A stretch of DNA of 64,000 nucleotides from Phyllobates terribilis (lineage: Eukaryota). Shown in pieces: positions 1 through 12,484 of this stretch. Below the pieces are notes generated by a model that was not told where the DNA came from, did not search any database, and saw only the letters and a program-made list of their open reading frames with translations. Where the stretch lies: positions 316,324,001 to 316,388,000 of the forward strand of contig NW_027362764.1 of NCBI RefSeq assembly GCF_046119375.1, read 5' to 3'. The position numbers and the translations under genes were made by a program. Positions within the stretch are counted from its first letter, which is position 1, and every line of letters begins with the position of its first letter.

Positions 1-2705
1 GACACCCACTCCCCAATAATGGGACTTATGTTTGTAATATGCTGTACTGCATGTGACGCGCCCCCTGGGCCGTTTGTACACGTGTGTGGGATACCCGGTG
101 CCGGGTCTCTGGGGTCTGTAGTCTCCGTGGCGGTGACCCGGTCCCATGGCTCAGGCTGGTCAAACCAGTGGCAGTCTTTCTTAGGTTTTGAGGTTAATTG
201 TCCGACTGCGCCACCCGTGGATTGCGGTCAGGGAGTACCACCGCTGCGAGGCAGACCGCTGAGGCTGGTGTTGTGTGCGCAGCATAGAATGGGATAACTC
301 CCCTCGGGAGGAGTATAGCCTCAGGGCAGTGAGTGTGGATGATGGGGGTGATGGTGCACGAGCGCAGCAGGAACGACTCAGAGTCTTTGCAGTGCAGTTC
401 AGGGTCTTTACTGATGATTATAAGGTAGACCCTTACGGGAGTACTGGCTAGCATAAGAGGCCTGGTCAGTCTGTGAGCAAGCAGGAGTTCCCCTGGCCAG
501 GTGGAGTTGCAGGCCTCCCCGTCTGTCTGCACTCTTCCTGGCTACCTTGCTGTAAGCGGGTAGAAGTAGCCCACGTCCCTGAGTGTACCGTGTAGTGCTC
601 ACCCGTATGGCTGGTGACTTGGGGCCTTCTGTTAGCCTCCGCTCCACGACGGCGGTGCTGGTCCCTTGCTTGTGACTGAGCCTCCGGGCTTCTATGGCCA
701 GAGGACCTGAAATCCCCTGCCGGCTGGTTTCTGCTGCTGGATATATAAGTCCTCACAGCTTCGGACTCCTGTGTCCGGTTCCTATTGTCTTCTGCCAGGG
801 CGAGATCTGCTCAGCTTCCAGCCCCTGGTCTTTAGCTCCTAGCTCCTACAGAGCTCCTTGCTGTTACTTTCCCTTGCTCTCACTCTGACTCTGACTGTTC
901 TCTGACTCACTCAACCCTGCCCCAGATCCAGTTTATAAGGGCAGAATTCTCCCCTCCCTGGACTGGGGCAGGAGGATGTTGCATGTTTAAGGGATCCTGA
1001 CCAGGAAACCTCCCACTTGCTCTCCGACGTAATATCTCTATTACTGTGGTGACCAGACCCCTGGGGTGCCACACATGGCTCTTGTAAGGGGCATTGTAGT
1101 TCCTCATTATTTTTGGAAAGCCTTCCATTCACTGCTTAGGCCAACAGTGCACGGGAGACCCAGTTGCTATAAATCGAAAAAAAGGTTTAGTTAACGCCCT
1201 CTGACCTCCATGTCATTTCCAAGGGACATTGGAGTGGCTCGAAATTTTTGGTAGGCATTGCACTCACTGTATGCCCTATAACTGTGTAGCCGAACAGCTC
1301 CTTTTGTTACAGAAACATATCCTACAAGACATATCTGGTTGACTGGCCTGATATTGATGTGAATGGTCCCTGTTCCTCCTGCTCTTTCTCCTTTGCCACC
1401 ACCTCATCCATCATTTATCACCTGAAGCTTTGTTTTAACGGGAGTCATAGAACTGGGATAGTAGCAGGAAAACATCCAGCAATCCTCGGAGGAGGTAGGA
1501 TATGCGCCAAAACGCGGACCACCTCAGGCCTAGCCGCTACTACATACATGCGCTTGCATTCCAAGAAAACAAAGCAGATGCTAACTTCTATCATCATCAT
1601 CATGCTCCTCACCTTCGCACTCTCAACTCCCCTGATGGAGAAGCCAGGGCCCACCGGAGGAGTCTGGTTCTCTGGTGGGCTCGTCCAATGCTGCCCTAAA
1701 GCAGGCCAGGCTAAGAAAAGTGTGGGGGAAGGTGACAGGAGAAATCAGGGCGGCTGGGGACCGAGTATGGACACCTGGCCGCTGGGCGGCTGGGGACAGA
1801 GTATGGATACCTCGCTGCCGAAGCGGCCATGAGGTAGTGGCCAGCTTCAGCCTCCTCCAAACTAAAAGGCCCCATTTCAAGTGAAAGATAGCAGTATGGT
1901 GTTGCAGCCAGCGGGTGGGTGGGTGGTTGGCTGCATATTTTCGCTTGCATTGCAAGGAATGGGGGAGGTACAATTGAACACTGCCCTGGGACAAGGACTT
2001 GCACGGGGATAGTTGCAAGTCTGCATCTTCTGATGCGGCAAGGATCACTTCTGATGGGCACACTTTTAGACAGTGACCTGGGTGTCAGAGATGCTTCCAG
2101 GGGTCTTCCCCATGCTGATCCCTTGTCTTTTCAGCACTGTATGCATGTGTCACACAGCACATGGCCAGATAAGGTTGTAAAATGTTAAAATGACATTTCC
2201 GGGTGAACGCATTTGTCATGGTTGAAAGCAATACAAAAGTGCAAAAATGCATGAAAAATGCTACTTGTGAACATAGCCCAAGGTGTGGAGGAGTATTTTT
2301 GATTTTGGTTATTTATTTTACCTTATACACAAGTTTTTACCCTGGAAAGGAAATTCCTTAACATATTTCACAGGAAAACCGTTTCAGTTTCGTTTTTGAA
2401 CGTTTTATTGTGAGCCCGCAAAAGTGGCTTAATACCTCTGACCACGTTGTTGACAGCAGTGACCTGGGGGTCAGAAATGCTTCCAGGGGCGATCCCCATG
2501 CTGCCCCCATGTCTTTTGAGCACTATCACTATCGTTTTGGCCACTTTTTAGGCTTTCTACAGACTGCCGGGGGTGCTGCCGCAAAAATGCTCGGGTCTCT
2601 CATAGACTAACATTGGGCTCGTTGCTCGGGTCGAGCACCTTAGTATCACGGTAAGCTCGGCCCGAGCTTCGAGCACCCGAGCATTTTAGTGATCGCTCAA
2701 CACTA
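1..2705 (+). mobile_element. 3' part of hAT-family DNA transposon (copy 1); left end outside window
   Basis: Ends in TIR tgatcgctcaacacta (rc TAGTGTTGAGCGATCA) with subterminal (T)GCTCGG/CCGAGCA motifs. Colinear with about 4600-7760 and with the ends of the hAT at 45076-53824. Confidence 0.75.
54..1073 (-). mobile_element. Solo LTR, diverged relative of the element A LTR family
   Basis: TGACGCG...GTGCCACA termini and colinear similarity to 12485-13485. 4-bp TSD CATG at 50-53 and 1074-1077; removing the LTR restores the satellite sequence gtactgcatggctc seen near 3845. Confidence 0.9.
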
Positions 2706-3441
2706 TCAGTCGTCATCTTGGTGAGGACACGGAAGTCTTGCCCGTTACCAGTCTGGCACCCATAGCTGACTTTATGTTACGCTGCCTTAACCGTGACCCT
2801 CGCATTGTCAAAATGTTGGGTGACAGTCATTACTGGTTGATGACACTTTTAGACCCCCCTCTACAAGGAGAACTTTCACTCTCTTATTCCTGAGTTGGAG
2901 AGGTCTACAAAAATGGGGCAGTACCAGAAGGCCCTTGCTGCAGAACTATTAAAAAAATTCCCATCTGAACACGGTAGTGGCAGAGGTCACAGTTCGCTGC
3001 CCAACTAAGGCATACAGGCGAGAGAGACGCAACTCCAATCCAGCAGAGGCAGGGGAACACTGTCAATGTTCTAGGACAGTTTTCTGAGACCTGCCCAGCT
3101 TACAGGCCCTGAGGCGCAGGGTACTCTCACAAGGAGTGGAAAGTTTCAAAAGATGGTGAGGAAGTACCAGCGTCCTCCGTGATTCCTCTGTGCCTTTTAA
3201 TTATAGGGTATCCAAGCTGGACAGTTGGAATGAACTCACTCTGTATGCCTTGGAGGTCCTGGCCTGCCCTGCCGCTAGCGTGTTATCGGAGCGTGTTTTT
3301 AGTGCCGCTGGGGGAAATATAACTGATAAGGGCACTCGCCTGTCAACTGACAATGCTGACAAGCTGACCCTTATCAAAATGAACAAGGGCTGGATTGGGC
3401 CAGACTTCTCATCACCACCAAATGACAGCAGAGTAGCATAA
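2706..3441 (+). pseudogene. hAT transposase C-terminal fragment (hATC dimerization domain)
   Basis: YRVSKLDSWNELTLYALEVLACPAASVLSERVFSAAG...LTLIKMN matches the hAT C-terminal motif and the 48408-49058 translation. Stops are present upstream. Confidence 0.9.
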
Positions 3442-3589
3442 AGTCAAATCCACTGTGTTATTTCGGGAGGTGTATTCCCATGCATCGCTTCACACCCACA
3501 CATGGGTATACGCTTCCTCATTTCGTCTGTTTTTTGCTCTTCTCCTTATCCTCAGCCTCCACGACCACTATACCACCAGGGTGACTGTG

Positions 3590-4490
3590 GTCCATGTTGC
3601 CAGCATTGCAAGTTCCTCTGTCCTAATTTTTGGCAGCTTTTGCTTGGAAGGCATAGGCAAAGACTATGGGAGACCCACTCCCCAATAATGGGAATAATGT
3701 TTTTAATATGCTGTTCTGCATGGCTCTTGTAAGGGACATTGCAAGTTCCCCCTTCCTAATTTTTGGCAGCTTTTGCTTGGAAGGCATAGGCAAAGACTAT
3801 GGGAGACCCACTCCCCAATAATGGGAATAATGTTTTTAATATGCTGTACTGCATGGCTCTTGTAAGGGGCATTAAAATCGTCTTGTTAAGCTACTGTGAC
3901 CTCCAAGTCTCTTCCAAGGGTGGTTAATATTGTCTTTTTATTCCACTGCAACCTCCACCACTCTTCCAAGGGGCATTAAAAGCGTCTTGTTAAGCTACTG
4001 TGACCTCCACGTCTCTTCCACAGGGCGTTGATATTGTCTTTTTATTCCACTGTAACCTCCACCACTCTTCCAAGGGGCATTGATATTGTCTTTTTATTCC
4101 ACTGCGACCTCCACCACTCTTCCAAGGGGCATTAAACCGTCTTGTTAAGCTACTGTGACCTCCACGTCTCTTCCACGGGGCATTGATATTGTCTTTTTAT
4201 TCCACTGTAACCTCCACCACTCTTCCAAGGGGCATTAAAACTGTCTTGTTAAACCACTCTGAACTCCACGTCTCTTCCAAGGGGCATTAAAACCATCTTG
4301 TTAAGCTACTGTGACCTCCACATCTCTTCCAAGGGGCATTAAAACTGTCTTGTTAAACCACTCTGAACTCCACGTCTCTTCTAAGGGGCATTAAAACTGT
4401 CTTGTTAAACCACTCTGAACTCCACAGCTCTTCCAAGGGGCATTGACATGTTGTTTTTAATTACCTCTAACCTCCACGACTCTTGCAACG
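3590..4490. repeat. Tandem repeats inside hAT copy 2: two ~140-bp units, then a ~52-bp minisatellite
   Basis: ttccaaggggcatt recurs at 52-bp spacing (4068, 4120; 4223, 4275, 4327). It shares the core cacgtctcttccaaggggcatt with the reverse complement of the 130-bp satellite. Confidence 0.85.
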
Positions 4491-6180
4491 GGCATGGCAT
4501 TTCCTCCTAATTTTTGTCAGCTTTTGCTTTTCAATGCATAGGCGAACACTAAGGGAGACCCACTCCCCAATAATGGGTAGAAGGTTTTTAATACGCTGTA
4601 ATCCACGTCTGTTTCAAGGGGCATTGCAGTGCCTAATAATTTTTGGAAAGCCTTCCATTTCCTGCTTAGGCCAACAGTGTACAGGAGACCCAGTTGCTAT
4701 AAATGGAAAAAACGGTTTAGTTAAGGCCCTCTGACCTCCATGTCACTTCCAAGGGGCATTGGAGTGCCTCAAAATTTTTGGTAAGCATTGCATTCACTGT
4801 ATGCCTTATAACTGTGTAGCTGAACCACTCCTTTTGGTACAGAAACATATCCTACAAGACATGTGTGGTTGGCTGGCCTGATATTGATGTGAATGGTCCC
4901 TGTTCCTCCTGCTCTTTCTCCTTTGCCACCACCTCATCCATCATTCATCACCTGAAGCTTTGTTTTAATGGGAGTCATAGAACTGGGATAGTAGCAGGAA
5001 AACATCCAGCAATCCTCGAAGGAGGTAGAATATGCGCCAAAATGCTGACCACCTCAGGCCTAGCTGCTACTACATACATGCGCTTGCATTCCAAGGAACA
5101 GAAAGCTAAGGAGGTGGATGGCCTCATGATCATGAATAATTTACTCGTTGTGTAGGAGGCCGACCACTGCTGCTGTCTACCTTCTGAACTTTGTGTTGAA
5201 GCCTAATTGACCCAGGACCCGCAATCCTCTATGTCTGGAGGACGTGTTGCATCCCAGTGTCCAACTGTGTCCCGGCTTCCACAATATTAACCCAGTTTGA
5301 AGGCGTCAGTGAGATGGACCATTCCTGGCCACATTCACTTGTCCACGTGTTTGTGGTTAGGCTGTCCTTCCCACTAAATGCACTGGGGAGGGCACAGGTA
5401 ATGTTTTGGTGTGCGCGCTTGTGTATAAGGCGCACCAGGACAAATAGCGGCGGCTGGGGACCGATTATGGACACCCGGCCACCCCCACGCGGCTGGGGAC
5501 TGTGTGTGGGCACCCGGCCGCGGGGCGGCTGGGGACTGAGTATGGACACCCGGCCGCCCCCTGGCGGCTGGGGACCAAGCGTGGACACCCGGCCGCCGGG
5601 CGGCTGGGGACTGAGTATGAATACCCGGCTACCGACGCAGCCATGACGTGGTGGCCAGATTCCACCTCCACATGCCTAAAAGGCCCAATTTCAAGTGCAA
5701 GCAAGCTAGCAGTATGGTATTGCAGCCTGGGGTTGGGTGGGTGGCAGGCTGCATACTTGCGCTTGTATTGCAAGTTATGGGGGTGGTACAATTGAACACT
5801 GCCCTGGGACAAGGACTTGCACGGGGATAGTTGCAAGTCTGCATCTTCTGATGCGGCAAGGACCACTTCTGATGGGCACACTTTTAGGCAGTGACCTGGG
5901 TGTCAGAGATGCTTCCAGGGGTCTTCCCCATGCTGTTCCCATGTCTTTTTAGCACTGTATGCATGTGTCACACAGCACATGGCCAGATAAGGTTGTAAAA
6001 TGTTAAAATGACATTTCCCGGTGAATGCATTTGTCACGGTTGAAAGCAATACAAACGTGCAAAAACACATAAAAAAATGCTACTTGTGAACATAGCCCAA
6101 GGTGTGGAGGAGTATTTTTGTTTTTAGTTAATTATTTTACCTTATACACAAGTCTTTACCCTGGAAAGGATGTTCCTTAA

Positions 6181-7412
6181 CCCCTTTCCGACCTGGTCAG
6201 TAATAGTACGCACCAGGTCGGGAAGGCCGGTTTAGCGGGGGCTCCGGCGGTGAGCCCGCACTGAAGCGAGCACATGTCAGCTGATTATTGGAATCGCAAT
6301 CCACCCGCAGCTGTTAACATGTTAAATCTCTGACAGTGGCATTTAACTCGCGCTTCCGGGAGTTCTAAGCCCCGCCCATCAGTGACCCCGTCACGTGATC
6401 GCGGGTCACCAATGGGTGGGCATGACAACTCAGGGTCTGCAGCAGACGCCTGTGGTTGTCATTTCTCAATTGCTATGAGCGCCACCTAGTGGTCAGCGCT
6501 CATACCAAGTGAGCATTTCTCCTGCATACAAGCGATCTGCTCATCGCTTGTATGCAGTAGAAGCAATCAGACAACTGCTGCTTCTAGTCTCCTCTGGAGA
6601 CTATAGAAGCAAGCAGAAAGTGTAAAAAAAAAGTTTTTAAAAAAATAAAAAAAATATATAAAAGTTTAAGTCACCCCCCTTTCGCCCCATTCAAAATAAA
6701 ATATATATATATAAAAAAAAAACCACATACACATATTTGGTATCGCCGCGTTCAGAATCGCCCGATCTATCAATATAAAAGAAGAATTAATACAATCAGT
6801 AAAAGGCATAACGAGAAAAAAATTTTAAACGCCTGAATTAAGTTTTTTTGGTCGCTACAACTTTGCAATAAAATGCAATAACGGGCGATCAAAACATTGG
6901 ATCTACCCCAAAATGGTATTAATATAAGCGTCAGCCCAGCACGCAAAAAATAAGCCCTCACCTGGCCCCAGATCCCGAAAAATGGAGAAGCTAAGGGTCT
7001 CGGAATATGGATTCATTTTTTTTTGTTTTTTTAGCAAGCTTTGGATTTTTTTTTCACCACTTAGATAAAAAAGAACCTATACATGTTTGGTGTCTATGAA
7101 CTCGTAACGACCTGGAAAATAATGATGGCAGGTCAGTTTTAGCAATCTGTGAACGTGGTAAAAAAAGGACCCAAAAAACAACTGTGGAATTGCATTTTTT
7201 TTGCAGTTTCACTGCACTTGGAATTTTTTTACCCATTTTCCAGCACACGATATGGTAAAACCAGTGATGGTGTTTAAAAGTACAACTCGTCCTGCAAAAA
7301 ATAAGCCCTCACATGGCCATATTGAACGAAAATTAAAAAAGTTCTGCCTCTGGGAAGAAGGGGAGCAAAAAAGGAAAACGCAAAAACAGAAAGACCCATG
7401 GTCGTTAAGGGG
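6181..7412. mobile_element. Non-autonomous piggyBac-like element (MITE)
   Basis: TTAA at 6177-6180 and 7413-7416; TIRs CCCCTTTCCGACC / GGTCGTTAAGGGG. The empty site ttccttaacatattt is present in hAT copy 1 near 2356. Confidence 0.9.
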
Positions 7413-7760
7413 TTAACATATTTCACAGGAAAGCACTTTCACTTTCGTTTTTGAACATTTTATTGTGAACCTGTAAAAGTGGCTTAATACCTCTGACCAC
7501 GTTGTTGACAGCAGTGACCTGGGGGTCAGAAATGCTTCCAGGGGCGATCCCCATGCTGTCCCCATGTCATTTGAGTGCTGTCACTATCGTTTTGGGCACT
7601 TTTTAGGCTTTCTACAGACTGCCGGGGGAGCCAACGCAAAAATGTTCGGGTCTCCCATAGACTAACATTGGGCTTGTTGCTAGGGTCGAGCACCCGAGTA
7701 TCACAGTGAGCTCGGCCTGATCTTCGAGCACCCGAGCATTTTAGTGCTCGCTCAACACTA

Positions 7761-9240
7761 GATATAACCACTATAGTGGCCTGTAAGGCTTCCTTTGGGA
7801 AGTGACCTTCATTGATGGCTGCATTAAACATACATGTTCGGGGATCTAAAAGATGATGTCTAAAAAGGTATTATAATATTTATTAGTTATGCCATTTGGT
7901 CCAGGTGATTTACTTTCCTTTAATGCTTCTGTATTTAGTTGTGGGAGATTAATTCTAGAAATAAATTTATTTATTTCTATAGTTTTTGGTTGAATTGTAT
8001 CTCTATCATCCTTTAAATTATATAAGGCAGAGTAAAACCCTGCAAATTTTTCAGCAATTTCTTGCGGATGCGTATATTTAATGCCATCATTCTTAATAGA
8101 AGAGACTCTAGTTATGATACACTGTTTTTGGACCTTGTTGGCCATAAGTCTAGACATTTTGTTATGGGAAAAATTATAATTAAGCTTAATGGAGTTCATA
8201 AGTTTATCATAGTCATCTAAAAGAATGGATTTTAGTTCTGGGATTTCTCTGTGGGTTTTTGTATCTGTTTTTCTTCTGGGATAGTTCTGGGATTTCTCTG
8301 TGTTTTTTTTTTTATCTGTATTTGTTTTTCTTCTTCTTCTGCAATCTTTTGTGAAATTTCTTCTATTTTTTTCTGGAGTTTTCCTTTTATGTTGAGAATT
8401 TAGTTGTATAAGGATCCCTCTGAGATCTGCCTTGTGAGCGTTCTAGATGGTAATTGGGGAAATATCATGTATGCTATTTTCTAGAAAGTACAGTATAATG
8501 GCTTTTTCAATCTTTGCTTTATATACTGGAGAATGAAGCAAGAAGGAGTTGCATCTCCATAATTTAGAACAGTTGTTTGGAGAAGAAGGTCCCAAAACTA
8601 ACCTCACAGGGGCATGGTCTGACCACATAATATTATCAATTTTTATTTCTTTGAATCTTTGTAGGGTGTTAATATTTTTCAAAATCATATCAATTCTAGA
8701 AAAAGTTTTGTGCTTATACGAGTAATAAGTATACTCCCTTGAGGAAGAATTGAGACACCTAAATGCATCAAACAACTGCTCTTTTATCAACCAGGTTTTT
8801 AATGTAAACATTTTGTTCCTTGACGATGTGGAAGTATCCATACTCTGGTCATGTGTTATATTAAAATCTCCAAAAATTAGTAGGTGACCTTTTTGGTGTT
8901 TATGTACTTTTTCATTCATTTATTTAAAAATGAAATTTGACCTCTGTTAGGTGCATAGATGTTGACTAACGTGTAGGTTGTTGTATCGATATTGCATATA
9001 AGAATATGGTATCTTCCATTGTTGTAATCAATTTCTTCAATTAATTGAAAATTTTCACATTCAATGTCAAAATTTTTAACTCCATAATTACACATATGGA
9101 AACACTGTTGGTGAGCCAGAAATATAAAAGTTCATTAGTTATTAATATTTAAGCAATAAAACCTGCGGAGAAAAATTTTAAATAGCACAATATTTTTTGA
9201 TTTGTTTAAATTGTTAACATCACAGCTCAGAAATATGGAA
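7761..9240 (-). pseudogene. L1 ORF2 (AP endonuclease and linker), frameshifted
   Basis: ORF fragments 8443-8919, 7846-8199 and 7761-7831 carry L1 ORF2 motifs. Confidence 0.85.
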
Positions 9241-9579
9241 ATACCAAAAAGAAAAACCAAAAGACTGGGTTTCCTCAGACGATCCGATGAAGAGGATGAG
9301 AGCAGCATGACTCAGGCTCTCAAGTACCTTTTCCTGATGTTGGGGGGGTTAAGAAAAGTTTGGCAGACTCTGCCCATGAGTCCTGTAATTAGGGCACAAA
9401 TAATTAAGAAATCAAATAAGGTAAAATCAGAAGACTTTTGTAGAACGCCTTCTCAAGATGTCACTGCAGGGGTTCTTGGTTCCTTTTCCGATGTGGATTA
9501 CGGTCATAGCCAGGAATGTTATAGTTTTTTAAAAAATTCCAACCATCAACCAGAATCAAGTATTGGATGAGATTTCCCA

Positions 9580-11506
9580 TTGATAAACAACAAAAAGTTT
9601 TGTGGGGAAACCCCATTTGTAGGGAAAGTTATTAGCTCTCAGGATGGTGGTAATACCTGCAAATTACTTTCTTGCATTTAAGGTCTCTTTAGAGAAATCT
9701 GGAAACACTTTGATGTTTTCATATGGAGGAGGCAAATTATTGTGTTTCCTAAAATAATCTAGTAGTCTGTCTTTTATTTGAAAGAAATGAAGTTTAGCAA
9801 TCACTTCCCTTGGGACCTCTTTTGGGAGAAATGTAGGTTTTTGCAATCTGTGAGCCCTATCAATGGTCAAATCAATATTAGAGGAAGTTAGTAGAGCTTT
9901 ATGAATTAGATCTTGGATATATGGAACAGATTTGCAGGGGAAACATTTTCTGGAACACCTCTAAACTTGAGGTTCTGTTACGATCCTCCAAGTCCGTGAG
10001 TTTTGCTTTAACCTCATTTTTTAACAGGCAACAATCTATCTCCAGTGTATTCTGTTTAGTGGCTATAGATTGAACTTTTTTGTCTGTGTCTGTAATTTTT
10101 TAATTCATTGTTTCTAATTGGGTACATATAGCAGCAAATTTGTTGTCGATATTCAGATTTACTTGCTGGATAGAATATGTCATATATCATTATTTATGTT
10201 TACAGCCGTAAATGCAGGAGGAGGGGGATGTGCAAGAGATGAATTTGCATTGTCCAGTCTCGGTTTTTGTTTGTAAGGGGTTATGTTGGGGGAAATCTCC
10301 TCAGAGCCCTCATCTGTGTCTGACGCATACATGACAGTGTCAGATTTCTTGTCACACAACTAGCTAGTTCATTCCTTTTATGACTTGCAGAGGATCCCCC
10401 TGACAAAGAAGCTGTATCCATATCTGTATGTGGGGAACTTTCTGTAGGTGTCTTATAGGCAAGAAAGTTTATATCTTGCTCCTAGAATACCATGTATTAG
10501 AATCATATTCTTGAGCTGGAGTTGCATAGTAGCTTGCATTGTCTATAGAACAAGGAGTATGTGCCATAGGTTTGCCACTATTAAGGGGTTTTTCAGACCC
10601 TTGAATGCCTCCCTGTGTAGTGATAATGTCAAATTTACCAGCCTTATTATTGATACCATACTCTACAACATCCCCAGATTTAGCAGGGCTGATAGTGGAT
10701 TTGTGCTCTGGAGCCATGACTGATAAGTAGTGTGACTACAGAGGCTTGTCAGATATAAATTGAGGAGTATTCTCCAGGTTTAGGGACACTTCAGGAAGTT
10801 TTAAGAAATTCTGCCCCTGATTATGATCCGGCTTTACTGTTTCATCAAAGACTGGAGCCGCAGCTGTCACGCAGAATAAACGCTGTGATCCTGCAAAGTC
10901 AGACTGGAAAGTGTTTCCCTCATGCAGGGACTCCCCATGCCCAGTTGAAGAGTCCTGCATATGTGTGGTGTGAGGATGAAATGCTCTGCTGCTTGCATGA
11001 TCCTCTGTGTCCCCTGCAGAGCGGTCACACTGATTTACAGGGATTTCCTCTGGGGCAGCGGCTGTTAGGTAGTGCTACTGTGAGCTAGCAGGGAGAGCTC
11101 CGGGGGAATTCCCTAAGTGCAGGGACTCCCCCAGAGCTCGGCGATAGTCCTGTTTTTGGTTGACAATGGAGCTGTCTGCTATTTTATCAGCACGGCGCTT
11201 CGTGTCATCAAAGAGCCTTGCAGAGCTACATGGTGGCAAAGGGGATTTACTCACCGCCGTGGATCTTTCAGTGTCCACGTTCAACACTTGTTCTTTACTT
11301 GTAGGTTGTGGTTCTTTTCTTCTGACCACGGGTTGTGGTCCTTTTGGGACTTGCTGAGGGGTCCTAGAGGAGGAATGGAGGTCTAAATCGCTTTTCTTAA
11401 GTGCTGCTGGCTTGGGAGGAGATATGAAAGATGCGTGGTTGGAGAGCTTCAGCGGAGTTGCTATGAGACATTGTGTCTTACCTTCCTTCCTCTTGTTTTG
11501 AGGCAT
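9580..11506 (-). pseudogene. L1 ORF1, fragmented; N-terminal extent uncertain
   Basis: RRM-like motif at 9664-9870. Upstream low-complexity K/S/P-rich ORF pieces begin with ATG at 11506, about 180 nt inside the L1 5' end. Confidence 0.55.
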
Positions 11507-12289
11507 TGTAGCTCCTAGAGAGGCCCAATATGACTAAAAATGTTCCAGAGAGGGTCCTGAGGCTTTTAAGTTGTGTAATATAAGTTCAGGTCTTCTGAAT
11601 TTCCTTCAAAAAGACATACCAGGGTCAGGGTCTGCAGAGAGTCAACAGAGTGCAGCCATCTTGTTCCACTCCCAGGCCACGCCCCACAATATCTACATAT
11701 TTTTGATCATTTTTTATTTAATTTTTTTCTGAAGAAGATGAACAAAAACAGTAATTCTGACTTTTTTTTTAACCAGATACAAACCAAGAACACATCTAAT
11801 GTGTCATTCCTTCAAATATAACAGCACCTTTTTTGTTCAGTTGCGGACCCCATAGGTTTGGCCCACATAGGTTGGTCGTGTATCTATATACATATTGGTA
11901 TATAATTTAAACATTTTAGGGCAGTGTTTTTTTATTGTTTTTTTTTGTACTTTTTTTGCAGTGTTCAGCAAGCAGGACTAATAATTATAAAGTGTTAAAT
12001 TATGTAGTATGTTGTTATGGATGTAGCACTACCAAATACAGTATGTATAGCTTTTACACCCATTCCTGATGCAGCCAATTTTACTTTATCAATTCTGATT
12101 TTTTCCTTTCAGAATCTGGTCCCTCTTATTAATCTGTGTCCACATTCTCCATACACCCATGCACTGTACTTAGACAGAGACTGGCTGATGACTGGCTATT
12201 GCAGCTTCATATCATAACCCGTATTTATTAGAATGATGGCTGGACCATACGTGACAAGCATGTTCTACCTATGCGGGGTCCTCACTCCT

Positions 12290-12402
12290 CCTTTAACTGT
12301 TGAATTATGTGTTACTTTGTAATGTATTGTCTGTATGTCCCCGCTCTATTGTAAAGTGCTATGGAACATGTTGGCGCTATATAAATAAAATTATTATTAT
12401 TA
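12290..12402 (+). mobile_element. L2-type LINE 3' tail
   Basis: tgtaaagtgctatggaacatgttggcgctatataaataaaa followed by (TTA)n. A similar tail lies on the minus strand near 58442-58490. Confidence 0.6.
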
Positions 12403-12484
12403 CGTGTACTACACACTGCAACTATGATCTATGGGCTTTACAGGAGCACAATGGCATGATGGCTGCATGAGCAACCCATGATTG

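Larger units (their letters stand above)
2706..7760 (+). mobile_element. 3' part of hAT-family DNA transposon (copy 2), interrupted by copy 1 and by a piggyBac-like MITE
   Basis: Transposase C-terminus at 2706-3441, internal tandem repeats, and TIR tgctcgctcaacacta ending at 7760 directly against L1 ORF2. Confidence 0.8.
7761..11685 (-). mobile_element. L1 LINE, 5' portion (5' end, ORF1, ORF2 endonuclease to start of RT region), degraded
   Basis: 5' end GGGGCGTGGCC...CAAGATGGC. ORF1 RRM-like IDRAHRL...VIAKLHFF (9664-9870). APE motifs GDFN, SRID and SDHAPV (8443-8919). FPKEALQATIVVI is cut by the hAT TIR at 7760. Confidence 0.85.

Noticed and set aside
50-55. Apparent 2-bp TSD with TGTGAC LTR starts for the A family
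   Set aside because: The 5' LTR begins TGACG at 25910, so the extra TG belongs to 4-bp TSDs (CATG, ATTG).
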